Assembly: GCA_963836075.1 (NCBI GenBank)
Contig: CAWIIB010000001.1
Coordinates: forward strand, 896,001-960,000
Direction: 5' to 3'
Length of the DNA stretch: 64,000 nt
From: an uncultured Acidobacteriota bacterium
GTDB lineage: Bacteria > Acidobacteriota > JAQAZP01
Shown here: positions 34,316-46,453 of the stretch, in pieces
Layout: the number at the start of each line of letters is the position of its first letter
How positions within the stretch are numbered: the first letter of the stretch is position 1
Notes under the pieces: generated by a model
Told to the model about the DNA's origin: nothing
The model's input: only the letters and a program-made list of their open reading frames with translations
The model's database searches: none
Translations under genes and position numbers: made by a program

Positions 34316-35407
34316 TCAGTTGGTAAAACGCCGCACCCGAACATTCAGAATCAGTCCAATGGCGATAAAGGAGGATATCACCGACGACCCCCCGTAACTC
34401 ATCAGGGGCAGCGGGATTCCCGTGGTGGGCATCACGCCGATCACCATGCCCACGTTGACCAGTACGTGAAAGAGCAGGATCGACACCAGACCCATGGACA
34501 GAAAAATGCCCCGGCGGTCCCGGGCGTTTTTCGCTGCGCTCACCGAACGCGAAAAGAGTGTGAAGTATAACCCGAGTGTAAAGGCCACGCCTAGAAATCC
34601 GAACTCCTCGGCCAGCACCGAAAAGATGAAATCGGTGTGCTGCTCGGGAATGAACTTCAGCTGGCTCTGGGTGCCGGACATGAACCCCTTGCCCAGCAGG
34701 CGTCCCGAACCCACGGCTATTTTCGACTGGGCAATCTGGTAGCCGGCCCCCAACGGGTCTGACTCCGGGTCAACAAAGGTTTTGATGCGGTCTTGCTGGT
34801 ACTCCGCGAGGCCGAAGTTCCAGACGATGGGCAGCATGATCAGGCCGGCCAGGGCCAGCACACCGATGGTCTTCAACCGCAGACCGGCGAGGATGTTCAC
34901 CGCGGCCAGCAGCGGGACAAAGGTCAGGGCGGTGCCCAGGTCGGGCTGGAGGTAGATCAGGCCCACCGGCAGGGCCACCATGCCCGCGGTGACCAGCATG
35001 TTGACCAGGCGGTAGCCGTCCTCCCTGATCTCGGCGCAGTAGCGGGCCAGAAGCAGGGCGGTGGTGATCTTGACCAGCTCCGAAGGCTGGAAATTGAAGA
35101 TCCCCAGCGGGATCCAGCTGCGGGCCCCGGAGATGGTCTTGCCGAAGATCAGCACGCCCACCAGCACGGCGATGGAGAGGAGGTAGAAGTAGCCGGAAAA
35201 CTCCACCCAGAAGTGGTAGTCAACGGCGAGCACCAGCAGCATCAGTCCCAGCCCCACGGCGATCCAGAGCGCCTGCTTGCGGTACAGCCCCTCGTGCTCC
35301 CCGCCGTAGGTGGCGCTGAAAATCAGCGCCACACCGATGGCGCAGATGACCAGGCTCACCACCAGGATCGACCAGTCGAAGTTGAACAGGGCGCGACGGC
35401 TCAGCAT
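34316..35407 (-). CDS. rodA: Rod shape-determining protein RodA
   Basis: FQPSE..K, QPDLGT, GSG..GKG, PEQHTDFIF, SYGGSS. Confidence 0.96.
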   Translation of the reverse strand: MLSRRALFNFDWSILVVSLVICAIGVALIFSATYGGEHEGLYRKQALWIAVGLGLMLLVLAVDYHFWVEFSGYFYLLSIAVLVGVLIFGKTISGARSWIPLGIFNFQPSELVKITTALLLARYCAEIREDGYRLVNMLVTAGMVALPVGLIYLQPDLGTALTFVPLLAAVNILAGLRLKTIGVLALAGLIMLPIVWNFGLAEYQQDRIKTFVDPESDPLGAGYQIAQSKIAVGSGRLLGKGFMSGTQSQLKFIPEQHTDFIFSVLAEEFGFLGVAFTLGLYFTLFSRSVSAAKNARDRRGIFLSMGLVSILLFHVLVNVGMVIGVMPTTGIPLPLMSYGGSSVISSFIAIGLILNVRVRRFTN

Positions 35408-35411
35408 CTGG

Positions 35412-37286
35412 TTACCTGTCCCCGGCGGATCCGGCCCGGGCGACCACCAGCGGGTCGGTGTCCTCGGCCGGCTTCGGGTGATATTTGTCGCGGTAGACCT
35501 CGAGCACCTTCTGAACCACCGGCGCCGCGGTGTCCCCGCCGTGGCCGCCGTGCTCGATAAAAACGCAGTAGGCGATCTCCGGGTTGTCCCGCGGGGCGAA
35601 CCCGGAGAACCAGGCGTGGTCCCGCATCTCACGGGGCAGGTCCTTCGGTTTGACCCCTGCCGACGCCTTGTGGATCTGGGCCGTGCTGGTCTTGCCGCAG
35701 ACGTCGAAATCCTTGACCCGCGCCCGCCGGGCCGTGCCGCCGTCCACGTTGACCACCATCCAGAGCGCCTCCTTGAGCACCTCGATGGTGGAGGGCCGCA
35801 CCCCCAGTTCGCCCAGCGGTTCCGGTGCGGCGGGCCAGCCCTCACGGCCCACGATCTCCTCCACCAGGTAGGGCCGGTAGCGGGTGCCGCCGTTGGCCAC
35901 CGCGGCCATGGCCACCGCCAGCTGGACCGGGGTCACCTCCAGATAGCCCTGGCCGATGGCGATGGAGATGGTTTCGCCGGGGTACCAAGGCTGGTTAAAG
36001 GTTTTTCGCTTCCAGGCCACCGAGGGGATGGTGCCCGGCGTCTCGGGCACGAGGTCGATGCCGGTTTTGCTCCCCAGGCCGAAGCGGTCGGCCCACTTGT
36101 GAATGGTATCGATACCCAGTTGTGCGCCCAGGTGGTAAAAGTAGACGTTGCAGGATTTGTGGATCGCCTCCTTGAGGGCCACCGTCCCGTGGCCCCCGGC
36201 CCGCCAGCAACGGAAGGTGTGATTGTAGATCCGCGCGTGGCCGATGCAGGTCCTCGCCGTGGCCGGAGTGATCACCCCTTCCTCGAGGCCGGCGGTGGCC
36301 ATGATGATCTTGAACGCCGAGCCGGGAGGATACTTGCTTTGGATCGCCCGGTTCTGCAACGGGTGCTCCGGGTTGGAGATGATCGAGCTCCAGAATTCAC
36401 CGCTGAGGCGCACGGCAAATTTGTTGGGGTCGAAGACCGGACGGGAGACCAGGGCCAGAATCCGGCCCGAGTTCGGATCGAGGAAGATGGCCGCCCCGGT
36501 CTCATCGCCAAAGGCCTCCTCGGTGGCCGCCTGGAGATCGCGGTCGATGGTCAGCCGCATGGTGCAGCCCTGGAGCGGCGGCTGGCGGTCGTGCTCCCTG
36601 ATCTCCCGGCCGAGGGAGTTGACCACCATCTTCTTCAAGCCGTTGGCCCCCTGCAGAGCAGGGTTGTAATACAATTCCAGGCCGGCCTTGCCCACCAGGT
36701 CGCCGGGCAGCAGTTCCTGGTCCCCTCCCTCGGCCCGCCGGACCTGTTCCGCGGTCACCTCCCCCACGTAGCCCATCAGGTGGGCCCCGAGCACGCCCTC
36801 GTTGTAGTGACGCAGGTATTTCTGGTGTACACGGATGCCGGCGTAGGACTCGCGGCGGGAGGAGAAGTGGGAAACCTCCTCGAGGCTCAGGTTCTCCTTG
36901 AGCACGATGGGCCTGAACTTCTGCAGCGTTTTGTACTTTTCCACCCGCTCCTCCAGCTGCTCCAGCGGCAGCTCCACCACCCTGGAGACCGCGGCCAGCA
37001 GCTCCTCCTGGGGGACCAGCATGTCCTCGCGGATCAGCTCGAGGTCGAAGGAGAGGGTGTTGCCGGCCAGCACACGACCCTCGCGGTCGAGGATCAGGCC
37101 CCGGGGGGCGTAGAGTACCTGGGTTTTCAGCCGGTTGTTCTCCGAGCGCTCACGGTAGTAACTGCCGTGGAGCACCTGGTGGTACCAGAAACCGAGGACC
37201 AGGAACCCCAGGGCCAGGTAGCCCACGGTGCGGATCATATCGACCCGCCTGGTGATCGTGCGGCGGTCTTCGCTGAGCTGCATCAT
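35412..37286 (-). CDS. mrdA: Penicillin-binding protein 2
   Basis: SAFK, SCN, KTS active-site motifs; PRG.I.DR. Confidence 0.95.
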   Translation of the reverse strand: MMQLSEDRRTITRRVDMIRTVGYLALGFLVLGFWYHQVLHGSYYRERSENNRLKTQVLYAPRGLILDREGRVLAGNTLSFDLELIREDMLVPQEELLAAVSRVVELPLEQLEERVEKYKTLQKFRPIVLKENLSLEEVSHFSSRRESYAGIRVHQKYLRHYNEGVLGAHLMGYVGEVTAEQVRRAEGGDQELLPGDLVGKAGLELYYNPALQGANGLKKMVVNSLGREIREHDRQPPLQGCTMRLTIDRDLQAATEEAFGDETGAAIFLDPNSGRILALVSRPVFDPNKFAVRLSGEFWSSIISNPEHPLQNRAIQSKYPPGSAFKIIMATAGLEEGVITPATARTCIGHARIYNHTFRCWRAGGHGTVALKEAIHKSCNVYFYHLGAQLGIDTIHKWADRFGLGSKTGIDLVPETPGTIPSVAWKRKTFNQPWYPGETISIAIGQGYLEVTPVQLAVAMAAVANGGTRYRPYLVEEIVGREGWPAAPEPLGELGVRPSTIEVLKEALWMVVNVDGGTARRARVKDFDVCGKTSTAQIHKASAGVKPKDLPREMRDHAWFSGFAPRDNPEIAYCVFIEHGGHGGDTAAPVVQKVLEVYRDKYHPKPAEDTDPLVVARAGSAGDR

Positions 37287-37299
37287 CCCGCGCCCCCCC

Positions 37300-37818
37300 T
37301 TACCGTGACAGCCGGCTCACGCCCCGGGAGCGCATCCGTCCCGCGGAGAGCCGGCGGAAGAGCAGTACGCTCAGTTTCATCAGCAGCACGCCCCCGAAGG
37401 CATTGCAAGCCGTGCGGATCAACAGTTCGGGAAAGACCTGTCCCGGTGCAATGCCGAACAGCGCGGCACGGAGGCCGATGCAGATTCCCTCGTTGAGCCA
37501 GGTGGCCACGGCCAGCACCACCAGCTGGGTCAGGGCGGTGTCGATCATGAACCGCTGGTAGAAGGAGGAGGCCAGATAGCCCACCACGGTCTTGGAGAAC
37601 CCGTTGAGTCCGAAGAGGATTCCGGTAAAGGCGTCCTGGAGCAGCCCGCTGGTGCTGCCCAGCAGGGTGGCCTGAATCCGCGAGCGGCTGACGCTGTTGA
37701 AGATCACCACGATGAGCATGAAATCGAAATAGCGGAAGAAACCGGCCACGTAGCGCGGCAGGAGCAGCTCGGCCAGCAGGGCCAGCAGGAGCACCGCGGG
37801 AAGACGGAGAAACTTCAT
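37300..37818 (-). CDS. mreD: Rod shape-determining protein MreD
   Basis: Hydrophobic, GLLQD motif, lies between mreC and mrdA. Confidence 0.88.
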   Translation of the reverse strand: MKFLRLPAVLLLALLAELLLPRYVAGFFRYFDFMLIVVIFNSVSRSRIQATLLGSTSGLLQDAFTGILFGLNGFSKTVVGYLASSFYQRFMIDTALTQLVVLAVATWLNEGICIGLRAALFGIAPGQVFPELLIRTACNAFGGVLLMKLSVLLFRRLSAGRMRSRGVSRLSR

Positions 37819-38747
37819 CGTTCTTCTCCTTTCCCGTTCGGTACAGCCACGGGATCAGAACCGTCCCCACCGCTGAGCTCGGAAGGGAGCCGTTCTTCCG
37901 TGGTCACCACCAGCACTTCCTCCAGCAGGCTCATGTTTACCGCCGGTTCCACCACAACCCGCATGGAGAGCCCCGGCCCCGCCTCCACGGCGATCACCGT
38001 ACCCACGGCCAGGCCCGCGGGGAAGATACCGCCGAGGCCGGAGGTAAGCACCAGGTCGCCCGGCTCCACGTCGTCGAGGCTGGAGATGTGCTGCATTTCC
38101 AGCGCCGGCTTGCCGTCGTCCAGCAGGGCGCCGCCGGTGAGCATGCCCCACACCCGGCTGCGCTCCACCCGGGCCGAGATGCCGCTGTTGATGTCGGTGG
38201 CCAACAGCACGGTGGTAATCAATGAGGTGCAGGTCAATGTCTTGCCCACCACCCCTTCAGCGGTGATCACCGGCATGTTCGGCCGCAACCCGGCGGAGGC
38301 ACCCCGGTTGAGCAGCAGGACCCGGGACTGCTCCACACTGTGGCGATTGGAGATCACCAGGGCGGGGCTGATGGATTCCAGCAGCGGTTCCTCGCCCGGA
38401 AGATCAAACTCCTGGATGAACCGGTACAGTGCCGCATCCCGCTCGTAACTCCGGAGTTTCTCCCGCAGCAGGGCCAGTTCCAGGGCCTGCCGGTCAAACT
38501 GGTCCAGGGTTCGGCGGTTCGCGGCCCGGGCATCCACCAGGTTGAAGTAGCCGAACCAGGTGTCCCGCACCTTCTGGGCCGTGCCGGCGGAAAGCCGGAC
38601 AAAGGGGGAGCAGGCCTGCATCACCGTCCTGGTGAGCAAGGAGGAACCGTTTCCATTATCCGCCTGGGAGGCGAGGATGCAGAGCAGGACCAGCAGAACC
38701 GTGACAAACAGAAGAGGGTCTTTCCTTCTGACGATAAAACCGGCCAT
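37815..38747 (-). CDS. mreC: Rod shape-determining protein MreC
   Basis: TM plus coiled coil, GVVGK, TSGLGGIFPAGLAVG. Confidence 0.92.
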   Translation of the reverse strand: MAGFIVRRKDPLLFVTVLLVLLCILASQADNGNGSSLLTRTVMQACSPFVRLSAGTAQKVRDTWFGYFNLVDARAANRRTLDQFDRQALELALLREKLRSYERDAALYRFIQEFDLPGEEPLLESISPALVISNRHSVEQSRVLLLNRGASAGLRPNMPVITAEGVVGKTLTCTSLITTVLLATDINSGISARVERSRVWGMLTGGALLDDGKPALEMQHISSLDDVEPGDLVLTSGLGGIFPAGLAVGTVIAVEAGPGLSMRVVVEPAVNMSLLEEVLVVTTEERLPSELSGGDGSDPVAVPNGKGEER

Positions 38748-38810
38748 GCCGTTTTCCGTCTCCCGGGCCCGGCCCGGCCGGCCGCAGGAAAATCGGGGTG
38801 TTGAGGGTCG

Positions 38811-39896
<1,086 letters not shown>

Positions 39897-41369
39897 TCAG
39901 GGGAGGGTCACGTCAACTTCATACAATTTGGTAGTGGTCAGCCCGCTGGCGTCCTGGGCCACCACTTCGATCCGGTTGATGCCTTCTTCGGGCAACGTGA
40001 TCAGGTGCCGGAACGAACCGTCACTCTCCACATCGGCTTCGTCGTCGTTGATGCTTAGCAAAACCCCGGCGTCGGTGAAGCCCTCCACCAGGGCGATGTT
40101 ACCGAACGACATCGGGCTCTCCACAGTAAGCCGTGGTGGTTTTCTGTTGGCGCGGTCCGGCATGCTGTCAGCTTGCTTGACCTCGAACTTGTAGGTCTGA
40201 CTGTATTCGCCCTCGATACCGAGGGCTGAGATCGAGCTGACATGCCAGTAATACTCGCCCGGCGCAAGGTTGCGCACCGTGATCCGGTCCTCGTGCATGT
40301 CCGTCCGGTCCACCATGGCATGGGCAAACAGGGAGTGGCTGGCAATCTGCAGGTGGTAGCGGTATTCAGGCTGCACGGTAAGCCACTTCAGTTCCACCAC
40401 GGACTCCTCGCCCGGTCTGCTGAACACCGGGCGGAGGTGCGGCGGGCTGACCAGTTTCGGCGGCATGGGCAGGTGGCTGACGGGGGAGATGGTCTTGTCC
40501 TGCGCCACGGTGATCTTCTGGTCCTTGGTCACCTTGCGCCGCTCGCTGCCGGTGTCCAGCTCGACGCTTCCATCGTAGACATAGACGCTGGTCTCTCCGC
40601 TCTGCACGTCATAGTTGACGGCGGAATGGCTGTTCTCGGCCATACTGGAGGTCGCACTTGGGGTGGAGACCTTGGATGAGGATCCCTCCACCGAGCGGCT
40701 GGATGTGGAGAGGTCGAGGAAGCCGAAGTTGACATTGACTTCCACGTCCTTTTCCCGGGTCACCGGGTTGAAGGCGCTCTTCTGAATCTCGATCAGGGAG
40801 TTGGGCTTCAGCTCGTACAGACTGCCGTCAAAAGCAAAGAGGAGCGCACTTCCCCGTTCCCCGGTCTGAACCTTGTCCATCGGCTCCAGTTCCATGTCCT
40901 GGACCGCCTGCTCCCACTGCAGGGAGTTTTTGCGTTTGACCCGCACGTCGCCTTCCACATCGAACACCTTGAAGCTGTAAGGACTTCGCTCGGAACCGGC
41001 ACTGTCCAGGATGTAGCTGGACAGTTTTCCCGACTCGATGGCCAGATCGTAGGAAAAGCTCAGCGCCGAACGGTCGAACGCTTCCCGGGCTTCTCCCAGA
41101 CGACCGCCGGCCCGGTTGAGGAAATCCTGCAGCTCGCGGTTCATTTTCACCCGCGATGCCCGGTCAAAGAGCTGCTCTGCCACCTGGATCGCCTCCGCCA
41201 CCCGCCGTTCCTCGGGAGTGAGGCCCCAGTTTTTCTCGTAGACGAGGTACGACGGGTAGGCCAGGATGGCGATGAGCACCACGGCGATAAGTGCCAGGCG
41301 ACGATAGGTGACCGTGTACCAATCGATCCAGAATGAACTGGTGCCGTGTCTCTTGTCCGCTGCCGACAT
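39897..41369 (-). CDS. FecR-like domain membrane protein with C-terminal FN3/Ig-like domains
   Basis: TM, helical region, DKVQTG..FDGS..LKPNS.I, VYDGSV, PGEYYWHV. Confidence 0.72.
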   Translation of the reverse strand: MSAADKRHGTSSFWIDWYTVTYRRLALIAVVLIAILAYPSYLVYEKNWGLTPEERRVAEAIQVAEQLFDRASRVKMNRELQDFLNRAGGRLGEAREAFDRSALSFSYDLAIESGKLSSYILDSAGSERSPYSFKVFDVEGDVRVKRKNSLQWEQAVQDMELEPMDKVQTGERGSALLFAFDGSLYELKPNSLIEIQKSAFNPVTREKDVEVNVNFGFLDLSTSSRSVEGSSSKVSTPSATSSMAENSHSAVNYDVQSGETSVYVYDGSVELDTGSERRKVTKDQKITVAQDKTISPVSHLPMPPKLVSPPHLRPVFSRPGEESVVELKWLTVQPEYRYHLQIASHSLFAHAMVDRTDMHEDRITVRNLAPGEYYWHVSSISALGIEGEYSQTYKFEVKQADSMPDRANRKPPRLTVESPMSFGNIALVEGFTDAGVLLSINDDEADVESDGSFRHLITLPEEGINRIEVVAQDASGLTTTKLYEVDVTLP

Positions 41370-41677
41370 GCGAATCCCTCATAAAATGGCGAAAAAACTG
41401 CATTTATGGCCCGGAGACTGATAAACGGTATATAACACATTAACTTCCATTATTCAATGTGGTAACGGGGAAAACAGGCTGTCGGGGCGAATATTTCCCG
41501 AATTCTGACCAGGCGGTTCCATGGCCCCGTCAGCCGGGCTGTCGTATCCGGTTGAACTTTCTCCGGCGTTTCGCTAGAATTCATCCCTTCGCGCGGCGAT
41601 TTTTGTCCCGCGGAAGTTCGGTTTGTCAAAAAACGGCGGGTGACGCTCACCCCCGATCAACCTGGAGGTGCTGGTTC

Positions 41678-43603
41678 ATGCTCAGAACCATGAGAGAAAA
41701 CCTGAAATCACTCAGTGTGATTCTCTGGCTGGTGATTGCCGCTTTTATCCTTTCGGTCTTTGTCACCTGGGGGATGAAGGGATCGTACGGCGGTGGTGAA
41801 ATGGGGCAAGGTGTTGTTGCCACGGTGGACGGAGAGCCCATCGATTACAAGGAATTCCAGCAGGCGCTGAACAACCAGCGAAATCTCTACCGCTCACTGT
41901 ACAAGGAGCGCTACCAGGAGATGCTCCAGAACCTCGACCTGGAACAGTCGGTGCTCGACTCCCTGGTGGACCAGAAAGTGGCGCTGAACGAGGCCCGCTC
42001 CCTGGGCATCTCGGTCACCCCGGAAGAGGTCCAGAAGCGGATCCTCGAAATGCCGGCCTTCCAGCAGGACGGCCGTTTCATCGGCCAGGACCTCTACCGC
42101 CAGATTCTGGAGATGAACAACATCACCGTCCAGACCTTTGAGAAGATGGTGGGTGACGAGATCGTGTTCAACCGCTACCGCGACCTGATCACCGACTCGG
42201 TTGTGGTGAGCGAGGACAACGTCCGCAGCGAATACATGAAGCAGAATGAAAAAGCCACCATCGAGTACGTCTACTTCGATCACAGCCTGTTCAAGGATCA
42301 GGTGGTGATCGATGATGACGCGCTGGCTGCCTGGTATGACGAGCACCAGGAGGACTACCGCGAATCGGAGAAACGGGAGGTCCGCTTCCTGTTGGTGGAC
42401 GCCCGGCAGGTCCAGGACCGGGTGGAACTCACCGACGATGATATCGAGTACTACTACCAGGACAACCGGGATTCCCAGTTCTACTCTCCGGACCAGGTCC
42501 GGGCCAGCCACATCCTGCTCAAGACCAACACCACGATGAGTGACGAGGAGAAGGCGGCACTCCGCCAGCGGGCTGAAGAACTGCTGGCCGAGGCACGGGA
42601 CGGGGCCGATTTCGCGAAACTGGCCGAAGAGCACTCGGAGGACTCCTCCGCCTCCCGCGGCGGCGACCTCGGCTTCTTCGCCGAGGGTGCCATGGTCAAG
42701 CCGTTCTCCGACGCGGCTTTCGCCCTCGCCCCCGGCGAGATCAGCGAGGTGGTGGATTCTCCTTTCGGCTACCACATCATCCTGGTCACCGAGAAGAAAG
42801 CAGAGGGCTACCAGCCGCTGGAAGAAGTCCGCGAACGGATCGAGCGGACGTTGAAGATGGAGTACGCCCGGGACGAAGTGCCCGAGGTGGCCGCCGAGCT
42901 GATGGACCGTCTGGACCAGGGCGAAACCTTCGAGGACCTGGCCGGACCGGAAGGCGCCGGCTTCATCATCCGTGATGCCACGTTCGGGTATGAGGACAAC
43001 ATCCCCTTTATCGGCCGCAACCCCGACTTCGCCGATGCCGCCTTCGGCCTCACCGAGCCGGGGGCCGTGGCCGGCCCGGTGACGGTGCCCCAGGGCTCGG
43101 CAATCATCAGCCTGGTCTCGGTGATCGAGCCGCACGTTCCCGCCCTCGAGGAGAAGCGGCAGGAAGTGGAATCGACCTACCGCATGGAGCAGGCGAAGAG
43201 CCTGGCCCGCGCCGCTGCCGAAGAAATGCACGCCATGGCCGGCAACTCAACACTGGCCGAAGCGGCGGCCGGCCGCGTGGATGAAGGACTGAAAGTGAAA
43301 GTCTCGGAACCGCTCAAGCGGAACGGCTATATCGATGGGGTCGGCTCCACCAGGCCGCTGGACAAGGAAATCTTCAACCTCGAGGCGGGTCAGCTGGCCC
43401 CGGTGGCCACCCTGCCCAACGGTGAACTGGTCTTCGCCCTCAAGGAACTGACCAGCCCCGACGAGGAGAGCTTCCAGCAGGAGAAGTCGAACACCCGCAC
43501 CCAGCTGGAGTCGTCAAAGCAGCAGCTGCTGCTCACCTCTACCATCGCCGAGCTGAAGAAGCACCAGGAGGTCGTGCTCAACCCGGCCTACTTCAACCGG
43601 TAA
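41678..43603 (+). CDS. ppiD: PpiD-like periplasmic chaperone (SurA N-terminal + parvulin PPIase)
   Basis: MLRTMR start with TM, RASHIL, GGDLGFF, SPFGYHII. Confidence 0.88.
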   Translation: MLRTMRENLKSLSVILWLVIAAFILSVFVTWGMKGSYGGGEMGQGVVATVDGEPIDYKEFQQALNNQRNLYRSLYKERYQEMLQNLDLEQSVLDSLVDQKVALNEARSLGISVTPEEVQKRILEMPAFQQDGRFIGQDLYRQILEMNNITVQTFEKMVGDEIVFNRYRDLITDSVVVSEDNVRSEYMKQNEKATIEYVYFDHSLFKDQVVIDDDALAAWYDEHQEDYRESEKREVRFLLVDARQVQDRVELTDDDIEYYYQDNRDSQFYSPDQVRASHILLKTNTTMSDEEKAALRQRAEELLAEARDGADFAKLAEEHSEDSSASRGGDLGFFAEGAMVKPFSDAAFALAPGEISEVVDSPFGYHIILVTEKKAEGYQPLEEVRERIERTLKMEYARDEVPEVAAELMDRLDQGETFEDLAGPEGAGFIIRDATFGYEDNIPFIGRNPDFADAAFGLTEPGAVAGPVTVPQGSAIISLVSVIEPHVPALEEKRQEVESTYRMEQAKSLARAAAEEMHAMAGNSTLAEAAAGRVDEGLKVKVSEPLKRNGYIDGVGSTRPLDKEIFNLEAGQLAPVATLPNGELVFALKELTSPDEESFQQEKSNTRTQLESSKQQLLLTSTIAELKKHQEVVLNPAYFNR

Positions 43604-43637
43604 GCCGGGACCACCGGTCATCAACCGCTGACAACGG

Positions 43638-43669
43638 ACGGCCTCCCCCCCCGGGGAGGCCGTTTTTTT
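43638..43669 (+). terminator. Intrinsic terminator after ppiD
   Basis: ACGGCCTCCCC-cccc-GGGGAGGCCGT followed by T-tract. Confidence 0.85.
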
Positions 43670-43750
43670 GCCCGAAACCTGTTTCATGTACAATGAAACA
43701 GGTGTGAGCACCGTTTCCCGCGAACCGCCCCACACTCGAGGAGAAAACCA

Positions 43751-46453
43751 GTGCGCATCCACCGGCGCTTCCTGTTGCTGACCACAGCCATTGTTCTTCT
43801 CACCGTGATGAGCGCCCCACTTCCCGCCGCAGTGATCCAGGTCCCGGCCCACCAGCCGACCATCCAGGCCGGTATCGACGCTGCGGCAGACGGTGACACG
43901 GTGCTGGTGGCCGACGGCGTCTACACCGGCCCGGGGAACCGGGACATGTATTTCCGGGGCAAGGCGATCACGGTGATCTCGGAGAACGGCCCGGACCACT
44001 GTGTCATCGACCTCCAGGGCAGCCTGGACGACCCGCACCGGGCCTTCTGGTTTCACCAGCAGGAGGGCCCCGACTCGGTGCTGGAAGGCTTCACCATCCG
44101 CAACGGCTACGCCACGAACCGGGGCAGCGCCATCTGGTGCTCGTCCTCGCCCACCATCAGGAACAACTACATCATCCACAACGACGGCAACAACTGGAAT
44201 ACCGGCGCCCTCTATTGCTGGTATTCAGCTCCCACCATTGTCGACAACCTGGTGGCCCGCAACGGCACAACGGGCGGGATCCTCCTCGAGCACGGCGGGG
44301 AGCCGACCATCGCCGGCAACATCATTTTTTACAACCAGTGGGACGGGATCAACTGCCTGAGAACGAACCCCGCAACCACGATCAGCGACAACCTGATCCT
44401 GGAAAACCGCCGGATGGGTATCTTTGGCGATTATGCGGAGCTCGATATCCTCAGGAACCGCATCGTCGACAACCGCCTCAACGGAATCGCTGGCGAGTAT
44501 TCGGCAATGAACATCGAAGGGAACATCATCACCGGCAACAGCGGCAGTCGCGGTGCCGGTATCCGGTGTGGTGGCAATGTCACCATCACCAACTGCCTGA
44601 TCAGCGGCAACCAGTCGGTGGACTTCGGCGGCGGGATCTATTTCGGCAGGGCGGGCACAACCAGTGATTCGTTCTGGATGACCGGCTGCACCGTCACCGG
44701 CAACAGCGCCCTGGAAGGCGGCGGCGGCATCTTCAACGGAGAGGACGATGCCCACGTTTACGACTCCATCATCCACGGCAATTCCGCTCCCCAGGGCCGG
44801 GAGATCTACCTCGGTCACGACACCTTCGGCGGCGGCATTTTCTCCATCAACTGGTCCGACGTGGTGGGCGGTCAGGATCTTATCTTTATCGACCCTGAAG
44901 CGACCCTCTGGTGGGGCACGGGGATGATCACCGAACTCCCGCTGTTCACCTCCGGCCCCCTGGGTTCCCACTACCTGTCCCAGACCGCCGCCGGCCAGCC
45001 GGAGGACAGCCCCTGCGTGGACCGCGGTTGGCCGCTGACCGAGATGCCCCAGGGGACCACTCGCACCGATGGCGTCCAGGATGTGGATACCGTGGACATG
45101 GGCTACCATTACCCGTTGACCGGCGGAGCCCCGGTGATCTGCCTCGATCCCCTCTGGCTCTCCTTCGAGGGCGTCTTCCCCGGCGGCACTCCCGCAGACC
45201 AGGTTCTGGAAATCCGGTCCTGCGACGGCAGCCTGCTGGAATGGAGCGTGAGCAGCGGGGCGGACTGGCTGACCTTCAGCCCGGCCTCGGGCTCCTGCAC
45301 CGGCGAGGTGGACCAGGTGACCGTGAGCGTCGTCCCCGGCGCTGCCGGCCCCGGAGAATTCCTCACCCTGATCAGAATCCTCGGCATCGGGGCCGCGAAC
45401 TCGCCGCTTAAGATTCCGGTCAAGCTGAAGCTGGAGGATGGCCCTCCATCCCCGTGGATCGTGACCGGTCCGGGTCCGGCCGAAGGCAACCCCACCTCAG
45501 TGAGAAGCTTCCCGCCGCTGGCCAACGCCGGCCATGACCTGGAGTTCACCGCCTACGGCGTGCAGAAATACGGCGTCAACATCACCTGCGGTGACGTGAC
45601 CGGCGATGGCCGTGCCGAGTTCATCACCGGCGCCGGGCCCGGAGCGGTCTTCGGCCCCCACGTGCGGGGGTTCGGGAGGACCGGAGCGCCCCTGCCCGGC
45701 CTCAGCTTCCTGGCTTACGGAACAGACAAATACGGGGTCAACGTGGCCGCCGGCGACCTGAACGCGGACGGTATGGATGAGATCATCACCGGCGCCGGGC
45801 CCGGAGCTGTGTTCGGGCCCCACGTTCGCGGGTTCACCTACAGCGGCTCCGCGGTGACACCGCTCTCGGGCGTCAACTTCTTCGCCTACGGCACACTGAA
45901 GTGGGGGGTCAACGTGGCTGCCGGGGACATCGACGGTGACGGCTACGACGAGATCGTCACCGGCGCCGGGCCCGGCCCTGTTTTCGGACCCCACGTCCGG
46001 GGCTGGAACGTGGACGGCGGAACAGCCGCGGCCATGGCCGGGGTCAGTTTCTTTGCCTACGGCACCCCGCGCTATGGCGTGGGGGTGAGTTGCGGCGACG
46101 TGGACGGTGACGGGATCGACGAGATCGTCACCGCCCCCGGGCCCTCTCCCCTGTTCGGCGCCCACATCCGTGGCTGGAACCATGACGGGACTTCGATCAC
46201 CGAACTGCCGGGGCTCAGCTTCTTTGCCTGGCCACCGGAGAGCATGCTCTACGGCGCCGAGGTCTGGGCCGGCACCGACCTGGATGGTGACGGCCGGGCG
46301 GAGATCGTCACCGGGCCGGGGCCCGACCCCTCCGCCGGATCAGCGGTAAAGGTATTCCGCTACCACGAATCAGGGGACGTCACCGAGTGGCTGTCCCTCG
46401 AAGCCTTCCCCGGCCTGACCCATGGCGCCACCGTGGCCGCCGGCTGGTTCTAG
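43751..46453 (+). CDS. Secreted right-handed beta-helix + BACON-like + FG-GAP-like repeat protein
   Basis: Signal peptide; PTIQAGIDAA..GDTVLVADG; IxxN/GGG repeats; ADWLTFSPASG; 5 DxxxDG-type loops. Confidence 0.85.
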   Translation: MRIHRRFLLLTTAIVLLTVMSAPLPAAVIQVPAHQPTIQAGIDAAADGDTVLVADGVYTGPGNRDMYFRGKAITVISENGPDHCVIDLQGSLDDPHRAFWFHQQEGPDSVLEGFTIRNGYATNRGSAIWCSSSPTIRNNYIIHNDGNNWNTGALYCWYSAPTIVDNLVARNGTTGGILLEHGGEPTIAGNIIFYNQWDGINCLRTNPATTISDNLILENRRMGIFGDYAELDILRNRIVDNRLNGIAGEYSAMNIEGNIITGNSGSRGAGIRCGGNVTITNCLISGNQSVDFGGGIYFGRAGTTSDSFWMTGCTVTGNSALEGGGGIFNGEDDAHVYDSIIHGNSAPQGREIYLGHDTFGGGIFSINWSDVVGGQDLIFIDPEATLWWGTGMITELPLFTSGPLGSHYLSQTAAGQPEDSPCVDRGWPLTEMPQGTTRTDGVQDVDTVDMGYHYPLTGGAPVICLDPLWLSFEGVFPGGTPADQVLEIRSCDGSLLEWSVSSGADWLTFSPASGSCTGEVDQVTVSVVPGAAGPGEFLTLIRILGIGAANSPLKIPVKLKLEDGPPSPWIVTGPGPAEGNPTSVRSFPPLANAGHDLEFTAYGVQKYGVNITCGDVTGDGRAEFITGAGPGAVFGPHVRGFGRTGAPLPGLSFLAYGTDKYGVNVAAGDLNADGMDEIITGAGPGAVFGPHVRGFTYSGSAVTPLSGVNFFAYGTLKWGVNVAAGDIDGDGYDEIVTGAGPGPVFGPHVRGWNVDGGTAAAMAGVSFFAYGTPRYGVGVSCGDVDGDGIDEIVTAPGPSPLFGAHIRGWNHDGTSITELPGLSFFAWPPESMLYGAEVWAGTDLDGDGRAEIVTGPGPDPSAGSAVKVFRYHESGDVTEWLSLEAFPGLTHGATVAAGWF